Shown one piece after another: positions 25,729 to 34,159 of a DNA stretch of 58,853 nucleotides. Both the position numbers and the translations under genes were made by a program. The notes beneath the pieces were generated by a model. That model saw only the letters and a program-made list of their open reading frames with translations. It had not been told where the DNA came from and ran no database searches. Position 1 is the first letter of the stretch. Each line of letters opens with the position of its first letter. Source of the DNA: Candidatus Magasanikbacteria bacterium CG_4_10_14_0_2_um_filter_33_14 (GTDB taxonomy: Bacteria; Patescibacteriota; Patescibacteriia; Magasanikbacterales; UBA922); NCBI GenBank assembly GCA_002793035.1, contig PFPL01000033.1, positions 1-58,853 on the forward strand. Reading direction: 5' to 3'.

Positions 25729-27078
25729 ATGGAAAAACAAAGAAAACTTCTAGGTGAAGAAAGTATTGGAAAATTGTTATTTAAACTATCGGCTCCAGCT
25801 ATGATTGGTATGTTTGTAATGGCTTTGTACAATTTGGTAGATACTATCTTCGTAGGTCATGGTGTTGGTGTGGTAGGTATTGCTGGTATTGCTATAGTAT
25901 TTCCGATTTCTATGATTGTAATGTCATTGTCGATGATGGTGGGTATTGGTGGTTCTTCAATTATTTCTCGTCGTCTTGGTGAAGACAGAAAAGAAGAAGC
26001 AGAAAAAGTATTGGGAAATGTAATTACTTTACTTTTTGGTTTGGGAATTTTGTTGACAATTTTTGGTCTTATTTTTATTAAACCAATTTTGATTGCTTTT
26101 GGTGCTACCGAAAGTATTTTGGGTCCTGCTCTTGAGTATGGACGTATTGTGATTGCTGGTACTTTATTTTTTTCTGTAACTGTTGCTGCCAACAATGTTA
26201 TTCGTGCAGAGGGCAATGCAAAGATGGCGATGTTTACCATGCTTATTGGTGCGATTCTAAATACAATTTTGGATCCAATATTTATCTTTGGTTTTAAGCT
26301 TGGTTTGGCTGGTGCTGCTTGGGCGACTATTATTTCACAATTCTTTTCATTTATTTATGTGATGTATTACTTTTCTAGCAAGACTCATAGTTTGCTTCGT
26401 ATCCATTTTTATAATTTGAAATTGAAGTGGTATATAGTCAAAGAAACTTTGGCTTTGGGTGTTGCTTCCTTTGTCCGTATGGCCTCTGGTAGCGTCATGT
26501 CTGTCGTTATAAACCATACATTGGCTGTTTATGGTGGAGATGTGGCGATTGCTACTTTTGGTGTTATCAATAGACTCTTGGCTTTTATATTCATGCCAAT
26601 GTTTGGAATTATTCAAGGTATGCAACCTATTGTTGGGTTCAATTATGGTGCTAGAAAATCAGACAGAGTAAAACAAGCTATTAGTTTATCATTAAAAATT
26701 ACAACAATGATGGCGCTAATCTCTTTTGTAATATTGTTTGTATTTGCTGGGACATTTATGCGTATTTTTAGTACTGATGTTGAATTATTATCTCTTGGTA
26801 CACATGCTATGAGAATAATTATTATTTTTATGGTAACAATGGGATTACAAGTTGTCAGTGCTGGTATGTATCAAGCCATGGGTAGAGCTTGGGCATCATT
26901 TATTATGTCATCTTTGCGTCAAGTAATTTTTCTTATTCCTCTTGTAATTATCTTACCTTTCTTTTTTCATTTAGAGGGTGTCTGGTATGCTTTTCCTGTT
27001 GCTGATTTTGCAGCTTTCGTAGTATCTTGGTATATGTATAAGAGAGAGATGAAGTTGATTGTGAAACATCTGGCGTAA
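25729..27078 (+). CDS. MATE family efflux transporter
   Basis: 12 TM helices. N-terminus IGKLLFKLSAPAMIGMFVMALYNLVDTIFVGHGVG and the overall two-lobe repeat are typical of MATE/NorM. Confidence 0.88.
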   Translation: MEKQRKLLGEESIGKLLFKLSAPAMIGMFVMALYNLVDTIFVGHGVGVVGIAGIAIVFPISMIVMSLSMMVGIGGSSIISRRLGEDRKEEAEKVLGNVITLLFGLGILLTIFGLIFIKPILIAFGATESILGPALEYGRIVIAGTLFFSVTVAANNVIRAEGNAKMAMFTMLIGAILNTILDPIFIFGFKLGLAGAAWATIISQFFSFIYVMYYFSSKTHSLLRIHFYNLKLKWYIVKETLALGVASFVRMASGSVMSVVINHTLAVYGGDVAIATFGVINRLLAFIFMPMFGIIQGMQPIVGFNYGARKSDRVKQAISLSLKITTMMALISFVILFVFAGTFMRIFSTDVELLSLGTHAMRIIIIFMVTMGLQVVSAGMYQAMGRAWASFIMSSLRQVIFLIPLVIILPFFFHLEGVWYAFPVADFAAFVVSWYMYKREMKLIVKHLA

Positions 27079-27080
27079 AA

Positions 27081-27113
27081 TCCGGATATCCGGATAATCC
27101 AGATTTACGGATG
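27081..27113 (+). repeat. octamer-periodic GGAT(A) array just after the MATE stop codon
   Basis: TCCGGATA TCCGGATA ATCCAGAT TTACGGAT G. A related array lies at 30677-30712. Confidence 0.6.
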
Positions 27114-27150
27114 TGAACTACGTTTTGATAATTTGTGTAATTTTTAAATT

Positions 27151-27186
27151 AAAAAAACGGTCTGTTAGATTAGACCGTTTTTTTAT
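27151..27186. terminator. bidirectional terminator between convergent MATE and bcp
   Basis: Stem ACGGTCT / AGACCGT with an 8-nt loop, an A-run before and a T-run after. Confidence 0.8.
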
Positions 27187-27195
27187 TTTTGAACT

Positions 27196-27660
27196 CTATT
27201 TCAGAGATTTCAAATCTTTTATTACTTCATCAACATGTTTAGCAGGATTTACTTTTTCATAATGTTTAATAATTTTACCATCTTTTCCTATTAGGAATGA
27301 ATCGCGTTGTATCCCCATATATTTTTTACCAAACATAGATTTTTCTTTCCAGACACCGTATTTTTCTACTACAACTTTTTTGTCATCAGAAAGTAGGGGG
27401 AAGTTTAGGCCATGTTTATTTTCAAACTTCTTGTGTGATTCGACAGAGTCGACACTGACACCTAAGACTTGGACATCATATTTTTTTAACTCATTGTTTC
27501 TATCACGGAAACACTTGGCTTCTATGGTACATCCAGGAGTCATATCCTTTGGGTAGAAGTAGAGAAGTACTAGTTTACCAGTATAGTCGGCAAGTTTGTG
27601 TTTTTTGCCACCTTGGTCTGGTAAGTTGAAAGCGGGGGCTTTTTTGTTTTCTAGAGACAT
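27196..27660 (-). CDS. bcp: thiol peroxidase / peroxiredoxin Bcp
   Basis: KAPAFNLPDQGGKKHKLADYTGKLVLLYFYPKDMTPGCTIEAKCFRD...VLGVSVDSVESHKKF. The PxxxTxxC active-site context (TPGCT) is present. Confidence 0.92.
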   Translation of the reverse strand: MSLENKKAPAFNLPDQGGKKHKLADYTGKLVLLYFYPKDMTPGCTIEAKCFRDRNNELKKYDVQVLGVSVDSVESHKKFENKHGLNFPLLSDDKKVVVEKYGVWKEKSMFGKKYMGIQRDSFLIGKDGKIIKHYEKVNPAKHVDEVIKDLKSLK

Positions 27661-27855
27661 ATATAGAATATTTAAGAATTATATTGTTATTATAAGTATA
27701 CCAGGCTAGTATAGATTTGCAAAGAGTGGAAAAATTGGTTAAAATTATAGCATTGAAGATATTTCCCACGTTTTAGTTATTTTGTTAATTAAATAAGTTT
27801 TAATTTAAGAAAGATCCTCACGCCGTGCTTCGCCGGCTCAGGATTAATTTGACCT

Positions 27856-28716
27856 ATGCCCGAATTACCAGAAGTAGAAACAATACGCCAAGATTTGCGT
27901 CAAAAAATAGTTGGTAAAAAAATAGAAGATTTGAAATTGAGCAAAAAAGCTAGACTAAACAAAAGTCAAAAGTTTTTTGTAGATTTTTTGGTTGGTAATC
28001 ATTTTGCTGAGATTGATAGAATCGGTAAACTCATTATTTTCATCTTGCCAGACGAAAAGCATGTCATGCTCGTGCATTTGAAAATGACTGGTCAGCTTAT
28101 TTACAAAAAAGATGACAAAATAATTCCAGGCGGACACAATGATGTTTCGACAGTGGATGTACCAAACAAACATACTCACGTACAGTTTCATTTTTCCGAT
28201 GGCTCAAAAGTATTTTTCAATGATATTCGTCGCTTTGGTTATCTAAGTCTTGAGCCAATTGAAAAATTAGAGAACATAAAAAGTAAGTATGGCATCGAGC
28301 CACTCACACCTAATTTCACTTGGGAGAATTTTGCCAAGATTTTTGCTGGCAAAAAAAGTACAATCTTGAAAGCATTACTTTTGAATCAACAAATTATTTC
28401 TGGACTTGGAAATATTTATGTAGACGAAGTGTGTTTTGATGCGGGGGTAAGACCAGATAGGCGGGTGAATACCCTTACTTTGGCAGAACTAAAAAAACTA
28501 TTTGCTTCTACCAAAAAAATAATAAAAAAAGCCGTAGATGAGAGAGGTACGACTTTTAATAACTACGTTGATGGAGATGGTAAACAAGGAAACTTTGTAA
28601 AATTCTTGAAAGTCTATGGACAAGGTGGAGAAGAGTGTATGAAGTGTAAAAATATTTTGAAAAAGACAAAAGTTGGAGGTAGGGGAACGGTGTATTGTGA
28701 AAAGTGCCAACATTAG
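27856..28716 (+). CDS. mutM: formamidopyrimidine-DNA glycosylase
   Basis: N-terminal MPELPEVETIR catalytic motif, H2TH region ALLLNQQIISGLGNIYVDEVCF, and a C-terminal zinc finger CMKC...YCEKCQ. Confidence 0.95.
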   Translation: MPELPEVETIRQDLRQKIVGKKIEDLKLSKKARLNKSQKFFVDFLVGNHFAEIDRIGKLIIFILPDEKHVMLVHLKMTGQLIYKKDDKIIPGGHNDVSTVDVPNKHTHVQFHFSDGSKVFFNDIRRFGYLSLEPIEKLENIKSKYGIEPLTPNFTWENFAKIFAGKKSTILKALLLNQQIISGLGNIYVDEVCFDAGVRPDRRVNTLTLAELKKLFASTKKIIKKAVDERGTTFNNYVDGDGKQGNFVKFLKVYGQGGEECMKCKNILKKTKVGGRGTVYCEKCQH

Positions 28717-28719
28717 TCG

Positions 28720-28800
28720 GAAGTCCATAAAGTCCTTAAAGTCTAAAGTTTTCTTAAATTAAAAGACTTTATGACTTTATAGACTTTCGACTTTTTGACT
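28720..28800. repeat. symmetric array of AAGTC / GACTT pentamers (long imperfect inverted repeat)
   Basis: AAGTC at 28721, 28730 and 28739. The reverse complement GACTT lies at 28765, 28773, 28782 and 28789, with a partial copy at 28797. The arms can pair imperfectly. Confidence 0.6.
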
Positions 28801-28879
28801 GTATTTTATTGACAAAACAATTTTTTTGTGTTATCTTAAAGCCGTCCTCAAACGAGGCCTTTTTATTTAAATATACTAT

Positions 28880-30670
28880 ATGGAAATTCGTAATATCGCA
28901 ATTATTGCTCACGTTGACCATGGCAAGACTACCTTGACTGATGCTTTGTTGCGTCAAACTGGCATGGTAGATGAAGCTAGTACTGGTAAAAGTATGGATA
29001 GTAATGTTCTAGAGCAAGAACGTGGTATTACTATTTACTCAAAAAATACTTCACTTTTTTATAAAGATACAAAAATAAATATCGTAGATACTCCAGGCCA
29101 TGCTGACTTCGGTTCAGAGGTAGAGCGTGTTTTGCGTTCTATTGACTGTGTGCTTCTTATCGTTGACGCCCAAGAAGGTCCTATGCCTCAGACCAAATTT
29201 GTGTTGAAAAAATCTCTAGAGCTTGGTTTGAAACCTCTTGTAGTTCTCAATAAAATAGATAAACCTGCTGCTCGTCCAGATGAAGTTCATGAAGAAGTTT
29301 TGGAATTATTTATGGATTTGGGTGCAACTGATGAACAAATGAATTTCCCATTTTGTTATGCTATTGGTAAACAAGGTATTGCCAAAAGAAAAATGGAAGA
29401 TGACTCACAAGATATTTTCCCATTGCTTGATATGATTTTGGAACACGTACCTGTAGCTAAGCAAGATGCTACTGCACCACTTCGTATGCAACCATTCAAC
29501 CTTGCTTATGATGATTTTGTCGGACGTATGGCTATTGGTCGTATTTACGAAGGTACTATAACCGTAGGTGAAAAAGTAGTAATAAAAGCAATTGATGGTA
29601 CAACTCGTACTGCTAATATCACCAAATTATTGCAATTCAAAGGTTTTGATACTATGGAAGTAAAAGAAGCTTCTGCTGGAGACATTGTGATGCTTGCTGG
29701 TATTGCTGATATTGATATTGGTGAGACTATTTGTCACTCTGTTGAGCAAGAAGCATTGCCTGCTATCAAAGTGGACGAACCAACTATCCAAATGGATTTC
29801 TTCGTCAACAATTCTCCATTTGCTGGTAAAGAAGGTAAATTCGTTACTAGTCGTCAAATTCGTGAAAGATTAGAAAAAGAATTGGAAGTAAACGTAGGAT
29901 TGCAAGTAGATTTCGCTGATGCTGATAGATTCAAAGTTTATGGACGTGGTGAACTTCATATTGCAATATTGCTTGAACAAATGAGTCGTGAAGGTTTTGA
30001 ATTACAAGTAAGTCAACCTCACGTTATTATCAAAGATGTAGACGGTGTGAAATGTGAACCTTTTGAAGAAGTTACAGTTGATCTACCTTCTGGTTTTTCT
30101 GGTACTGTGATTGAAAAAATGGGTAAAAGAAAAGGCACAATGACCAATATGATTAATCATGGTGATCAAACTAGAATAATTTTTGAAATTCCATCTCGTG
30201 GTCTTCTAGGGTATAGAAGTCAATTTGTGATGGATACAAAGGGTGAAGGTATCATGTCTAGTCAAACTACAGGTTTCAAACCTTATGTAGGTCCTATCGA
30301 GAAGCGTGCAACGGGCTCTATGATTTCTATGGTTGGTGGTAAAGCTCTTGGTTATTCTCTAGCCAACTTACAAATGCGTGGTGACTTGTATATAGAACCA
30401 AACGTTGAAGTTTATGAAGGTATGGTGATTGGAAATACCTCAAAAGGTGAAGATATGATGGTCAATCCTATCAAGGGTAAACAGCTTACCAATATGCGTG
30501 CTAGTGGTACTGACGATGCTTTGAATCTTACTCCACCTATTGAAGTCAATCTTGAACGTGGTCTTGAAATGATTGCTGAAGATGAATATTTAGAAATCAC
30601 TCCAAAAAGCATTCGTATTCGTAAACAAGTTTTGAGTGAAACTGATAGAAAGAAATTTGGTAGAAAATAA
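28880..30670 (+). CDS. typA: translational GTPase TypA/BipA
   Basis: [38 protein letters not shown] and LNKIDKP, plus full-length similarity to BipA domains III-V. Confidence 0.96.
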   Translation: MEIRNIAIIAHVDHGKTTLTDALLRQTGMVDEASTGKSMDSNVLEQERGITIYSKNTSLFYKDTKINIVDTPGHADFGSEVERVLRSIDCVLLIVDAQEGPMPQTKFVLKKSLELGLKPLVVLNKIDKPAARPDEVHEEVLELFMDLGATDEQMNFPFCYAIGKQGIAKRKMEDDSQDIFPLLDMILEHVPVAKQDATAPLRMQPFNLAYDDFVGRMAIGRIYEGTITVGEKVVIKAIDGTTRTANITKLLQFKGFDTMEVKEASAGDIVMLAGIADIDIGETICHSVEQEALPAIKVDEPTIQMDFFVNNSPFAGKEGKFVTSRQIRERLEKELEVNVGLQVDFADADRFKVYGRGELHIAILLEQMSREGFELQVSQPHVIIKDVDGVKCEPFEEVTVDLPSGFSGTVIEKMGKRKGTMTNMINHGDQTRIIFEIPSRGLLGYRSQFVMDTKGEGIMSSQTTGFKPYVGPIEKRATGSMISMVGGKALGYSLANLQMRGDLYIEPNVEVYEGMVIGNTSKGEDMMVNPIKGKQLTNMRASGTDDALNLTPPIEVNLERGLEMIAEDEYLEITPKSIRIRKQVLSETDRKKFGRK

Positions 30671-30676
30671 AAACAA

Positions 30677-30712
30677 TACGGATATGCAGATAATTTGGAT
30701 GATACGGATAAT
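30677..30712 (+). repeat. octamer-periodic GGAT(A) array just after the typA stop codon
   Basis: TACGGATA TGCAGATA ATTTGGAT GA TACGGATA. It matches the 27081-27113 array at 19 of its first 24 positions. Confidence 0.55.
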
Positions 30713-30729
30713 ATTTGTTAAATTTACTA

Positions 30730-30756
30730 AACCAAGCAGAGAATGCTTGGTTTTTT
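30730..30756 (+). terminator. intrinsic terminator after typA
   Basis: 9-bp stem AACCAAGCA / TGCTTGGTT with loop GAGAA, then TTTT. Confidence 0.85.
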
Positions 30757-30865
30757 ACAAATAAGTGTTTTTTTGTTAAGATACACACGTTCGTTTTGAA
30801 AAAGATTTTGAATCAAGTTCAGAATGACGATATTAGTTTATTCACAAAAATAATTATTTTGCTTT

Positions 30866-31927
30866 ATGAAAATTATAAATATATTGAAAGACTACTATTT
30901 TTTTGGGAATAGTTTATTAGATTATGCCATTTTTATTTTAGTATTTCTAGCTTCTTTTTTTATACTAAAATTTATCAAAGTCTATATCATCGCAAAGCTC
31001 ACAAAATTGGCCAAGAAAACAACAAATGATTTTGATGATGTGATTATTATTTCTATAGCTAATATAAAATCTAGTTTTTATTTAGTCGTATCTTTGTACA
31101 TTGCTTTTAGCTATATAAATTTGTTAGATTTTTTGCAAAAAATAGTTTACTTACTATTTGTATTGGTGTTAGTTTTCGAGGTTGTAAGATTTTTGGAAGG
31201 GATTATCAATTATTTTGTCAAAAAGAAAATGAAGTCTATTGATGGCGAGCAAGACAGAGAGACTCGTTCTGTCATGAAGATAATTACTTTGTTTTTGCGT
31301 ATTACTATTTGGTCTTTGGCTTTGCTCATGGTATTGTCCAATTTGGGTATAAATATTACCTCACTTATTGCTAGTTTGGGTATTGGTGGCATTGCCGTAG
31401 CTCTTGCTCTACAAAATATTTTGTCTGATCTTTTTTCATCATTTTCTATTCTTGTGGATAAACCATTTATGGTAGGGGATTATGTACAGGTGGGAAATGA
31501 CGATGGTATCGTTCAAAAGATTGGTCTGAAGACGACTAGAATCAAGACTTTGTTGGGTGAAGAACTTGTTATTTCCAACAAAGAGCTTACTACTTCTAGG
31601 ATCCAAAATTTCAAAAAACTTCAGAGAAGAAGAGTCGTGAATACTTGGGGGGTGACTTATGACACAGCCAAAGAAAAAATGGAAAAGATTACAGATATTG
31701 CCAAAAAGATAATTAGTTCTGTGGATGCCGTCACTTTTGAAAGATGTCACTTTTCTGCTTTTTCAGGTTCTAGTCTTGATTTCGAAGTAGTCTATTATGT
31801 AGAGAGTTCAGAATATGGTGCTTATATGGACGCCAAGCATGAAATAAATATGCAAGTCTTGGAAGCATTTAGAAAGGAAAAAATTGAATTTGCATTTCCT
31901 TCACAGACTGTATATTTGCAAAAATAA
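30866..31927 (+). CDS. mechanosensitive ion channel (MscS family)
   Basis: N-terminal TM helices, then LIASLGIGGIAVALALQNILSDLFSSFSILVDKPFMVGDYVQVGNDDGIVQKIGLKTTRIKT (MscS pore helix and beta domain). Confidence 0.9.
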   Translation: MKIINILKDYYFFGNSLLDYAIFILVFLASFFILKFIKVYIIAKLTKLAKKTTNDFDDVIIISIANIKSSFYLVVSLYIAFSYINLLDFLQKIVYLLFVLVLVFEVVRFLEGIINYFVKKKMKSIDGEQDRETRSVMKIITLFLRITIWSLALLMVLSNLGINITSLIASLGIGGIAVALALQNILSDLFSSFSILVDKPFMVGDYVQVGNDDGIVQKIGLKTTRIKTLLGEELVISNKELTTSRIQNFKKLQRRRVVNTWGVTYDTAKEKMEKITDIAKKIISSVDAVTFERCHFSAFSGSSLDFEVVYYVESSEYGAYMDAKHEINMQVLEAFRKEKIEFAFPSQTVYLQK

Positions 31928-31954
31928 GCAAAATATATAATGTTGATAATATTG

Positions 31955-31983
31955 TTGACATAAAGACGTATTTGTACTATAAT
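31955..31983 (+). promoter_or_regulatory. consensus sigma70 promoter for the tRNA-Val / GIY-YIG / tRNA-Thr cluster
   Basis: TTGACA (31955-60), 17-nt spacer, TATAAT (31978-83). An 8-bp inverted repeat AAAGACGT (31962-69) / ACGTCTTT (31988-95) brackets the -10. Confidence 0.75.
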
Positions 31984-31999
31984 TCTCACGTCTTTTACA

Positions 32000-32104
32000 A
32001 TGCGCGCCTTCCCGATGAATCGGGACTGCGCTGCGCTTGAGCTCATATTATGCGCGCCTAGCTCAGTTGGTTAGAGTCCCGACTCGTCGGGATTTACACC
32101 GAGG
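32000..32104 (+). pseudogene. two partial tRNA-Val copies carrying TCCCGA-N4-TCGGGA hairpins
   Basis: ATGCGCGCC plus hairpin TCCCGATGAATCGGGA lies at 32000-32025. 32050-32076 is identical to 32358-32384 (ATGCGCGCCTAGCTCAGTTGGTTAGAG). Then comes hairpin TCCCGACTCGTCGGGA (32077-92), then TTTACACCGAGG (32093-104), identical to the anticodon loop and 3' stem at 32392-403. No T arm or 3' acceptor follows. Confidence 0.85.
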
Positions 32105-32109
32105 AGAAT

Positions 32110-32382
32110 ATGAATTATTATACCTATATTATTTATAATAAAAAACACGATAAATTTTATATAGGTTCTACGTATAGTTTGAAAAAGCGTATAAATGAAC
32201 ATAAAACTGGTGAAGGTAATTACACTAGTCGCTATGACGGAGAATGGACATTTGTCTATTATGAAAAGCATAATGATAGAAGTGAAGCTGTGCAACGTGA
32301 AAGGTACTTCAAGTCATTAAAAAGTAAAGTATATCTAAAAAGATATATAAAAGAAAAATGCGCGCCTAGCTCAGTTGGTTAG
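32110..32382 (+). CDS. small GIY-YIG nuclease family protein, copy 2 (3' end runs into tRNA-Val)
   Basis: YTYIIYNKKHDKFYIGSTYSLKKRINEHKTG...RERYFK. The RBS GAGGAG (32101-06) is the tail of the tRNA fragment. The last 7 codons (CAPSSVG) and the TAG stop (32380-82) lie inside the tRNA-Val acceptor/D arm. Confidence 0.85.
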   Translation: MNYYTYIIYNKKHDKFYIGSTYSLKKRINEHKTGEGNYTSRYDGEWTFVYYEKHNDRSEAVQRERYFKSLKSKVYLKRYIKEKCAPSSVG

Positions 32383-32433
32383 AGCATCTCGTTTACACCG
32401 AGGGGGTCAGGGGTTCGAATCCCTTGGCGCGTA
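32360..32433 (+). tRNA. tRNA-Val (anticodon UAC)
   Basis: Acceptor GCGCGCC/GGCGCGT (G1-U72), D arm GCTC-AGTTGGTTA-GAGC, anticodon arm TCTCG-TTTACAC-CGAGG, variable GGGTC, T arm AGGGG-TTCGAAT-CCCTT, discriminator A. Confidence 0.88.
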
Positions 32434-32526
32434 CTGGTCTCCGCCTATGGCTACGCCCAGTAAACTTTTTAAAGTTTACGAGCTGGTTAGATTGGTGGAT
32501 ATTTTTTTACAAAATAATTGGGGGGT

Positions 32527-32769
32527 ATGATTTATTTTGTCTATATTTTGAAATGTAGTGATGAAAAGTATTATACAGGCTTGACTAAAAACATAAATAA
32601 TAGGATTCATCAACATATAAACGGAGAGGTGACATCAACAAAACATAGAAGACCACTAAAGTTAATTTTTTTTAGTGCATTTCCAGATAAGTATTTAGCT
32701 GCAAGTTTTGAACAATATTTGAAAACTAATTCTGGACGAGCTTTTAGAAATAAGCATTTTATAAAGTAA
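32527..32769 (+). CDS. small GIY-YIG nuclease family protein, copy 3
   Basis: MIYFVYILKCSDEKYYTGLTKNINNRIHQHINGE...SFEQYLK. The ATG at 32527 aligns with the starts of the two paralogues; the track start is the TTG at 32518. Confidence 0.85.
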   Translation: MIYFVYILKCSDEKYYTGLTKNINNRIHQHINGEVTSTKHRRPLKLIFFSAFPDKYLAASFEQYLKTNSGRAFRNKHFIK

Positions 32770-32824
32770 ATATTCGTTTTATCTACAAAAGGTGGCTTGC
32801 CTGGCGTAGCTTTAGCGAAGTCAG

Positions 32825-32897
32825 GCCATCATAGCTCAGTTGGTAGAGCGCATCCATGGTAAGGATGAGGTCTCCAGTTCAATTCTGGATGATGGCT
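32825..32897 (+). tRNA. tRNA-Thr (anticodon GGU)
   Basis: Acceptor GCCATCA/TGATGGC, D arm GCTC-AGTTGGTA-GAGC, anticodon arm CATCC-ATGGTAA-GGATG, T arm TCCAG-TTCAATT-CTGGA, discriminator T. Confidence 0.9.
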
Positions 32898-32944
32898 CAC
32901 AGTTATAAATAAATTTTAACTAAAAAAATAGTTGATTCAAATAT

Positions 32945-33008
32945 TCTCCAGTTCTCCCCCGACTAAGTCGGGGGATCCGCCTTGGGCGGAAATTCTGGAT
33001 GATGGCTC
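32945..33008 (+). pseudogene. duplicate of the last 28 nt of tRNA-Thr(GGU) split by a 36-nt double hairpin
   Basis: 32945-54 equals 32871-80 (TCTCCAGTTC) and 32991-33008 equals 32881-98 (AATTCTGGATGATGGCTC). Between them lie TCCCCCGACTAAGTCGGGGGA and TCCGCCTTGGGCGGA, inserted exactly within the T-loop. Confidence 0.9.
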
Positions 33009-33101
33009 TATATAGGTCTATTTTGACCTGAGAATAAGTAGTATTGACAAAAAATACAATATAATGTATTATATAGCAGTCTTAAACATTAGATTAAATA
33101 T

Positions 33102-33272
33102 ATGGCCTCAAAGTCAAAAGAAAGAAAAAATCGTAAGAAACTAAAATGTTCTGAATGCGGAACTGTGAATTATTTTGTAAAGAAAAATCACGTACTTCAA
33201 AACAGATTAGAACTGAAAAAATTGTGTAAAACTTGTGATAGTAAACACACATTGCACAAAGAGACAAAATAA
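33102..33272 (+). CDS. rpmG: 50S ribosomal protein L33 (56 aa; below the ORF-track length cut-off)
   Basis: My translation is MASKSKERKNRKKLKCSECGTVNYFVKKNHVLQNRLELKKLCKTCDSKHTLHKETK. It has the CxxC...CxxC zinc ribbon and the L33 C-terminus RLELKK.C..C..HTLHKE.K. A TTGACA-N17-TATTAT promoter lies at 33044-72. Confidence 0.93.
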   Translation: MASKSKERKNRKKLKCSECGTVNYFVKKNHVLQNRLELKKLCKTCDSKHTLHKETK

Positions 33273-33282
33273 GCTAAAATAA

Positions 33283-33307
33283 AACAGTCTAATCTAGACT
33301 GTTTTTT
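33283..33307 (+). terminator. intrinsic terminator after rpmG
   Basis: Stem AACAGTCTA / TAGACTGTT with loop ATC, followed by a T-run. Confidence 0.85.
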
Positions 33308-33326
33308 GTTATCTAAAATATTTATT

Positions 33327-34151
33327 ATGTATTATCTCAAAGCTTTTTTAAATAGTTTTTACAAATTTGACTGGTTGCATGCTCAAGCTGACAATAGCAA
33401 AAAAGCTGCCAATTATGTTATCTTACTTATTTTGTTATTATCGTTTGTTACCTCTGTTTTTTTGAGTACTATTGTCCCAAATAAATTGAGAGATCTAAGA
33501 AATGAGGTACTAAGCAAAGTACCAGCCTTTGAAGCAACTTTGGTCAATGGCAGTTTGAGTGTAACCCAACTTGAACAACCTTTTTTATACGAAGATGCTG
33601 AGATGTCTTTTGGTGTGAATACCAATACTAGTACAGAGGATTTCAATTTTGATACTTTTGTGGAAGGGAAGGATAAAGATATTTTGTATTTAACCTCTAG
33701 TAATATTTATTCTTATGATAGTGTCACAAAAATAAAGAATGTTTTGGATTATGATAAAGAGATAAATAAAAGTTTTAGTAAAGAATCTTTTATAAAATTT
33801 ACAGATAATTTTTTAAACAATTATAAATTATTTTTTGCTATATTTTTGATTATTTCTTTTGTTGGTTTTTCAGTATTCAAGTTGGTTAATCTATTGTTTA
33901 TAACATTGTTGGTTTGGATAATAAATAAGAATTCTGAGACAAACAATTTCAAATTTTCACAAATTTATACTATTGGATTATTTGCTATTACAGGTCCAAG
34001 TATAATTGTAGCCTTTTTACGTATATTTAACTATAGTATACCTTTCTTATATTCAATTTTATCTATTATGATTTTGATGATAGTTACTAGTAAAAAATAT
34101 AGTAGTTTGGAATTAGAAGAAAAAAATATAGAAACAGATATTCTTAAATAA
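33327..34151 (+). CDS. DUF1189-like polytopic membrane protein
   Basis: N-terminus YLKAFLNSFYKFDWLHAQADNSKKAANYVILLILLLSFV resembles DUF1189 (YvdJ-like). Four or more TM helices. The ATG at 33327 is preferred to the TTG at 33306, which lies in the terminator. Confidence 0.6.
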   Translation: MYYLKAFLNSFYKFDWLHAQADNSKKAANYVILLILLLSFVTSVFLSTIVPNKLRDLRNEVLSKVPAFEATLVNGSLSVTQLEQPFLYEDAEMSFGVNTNTSTEDFNFDTFVEGKDKDILYLTSSNIYSYDSVTKIKNVLDYDKEINKSFSKESFIKFTDNFLNNYKLFFAIFLIISFVGFSVFKLVNLLFITLLVWIINKNSETNNFKFSQIYTIGLFAITGPSIIVAFLRIFNYSIPFLYSILSIMILMIVTSKKYSSLELEEKNIETDILK

Positions 34152-34159
34152 TTTATTAT

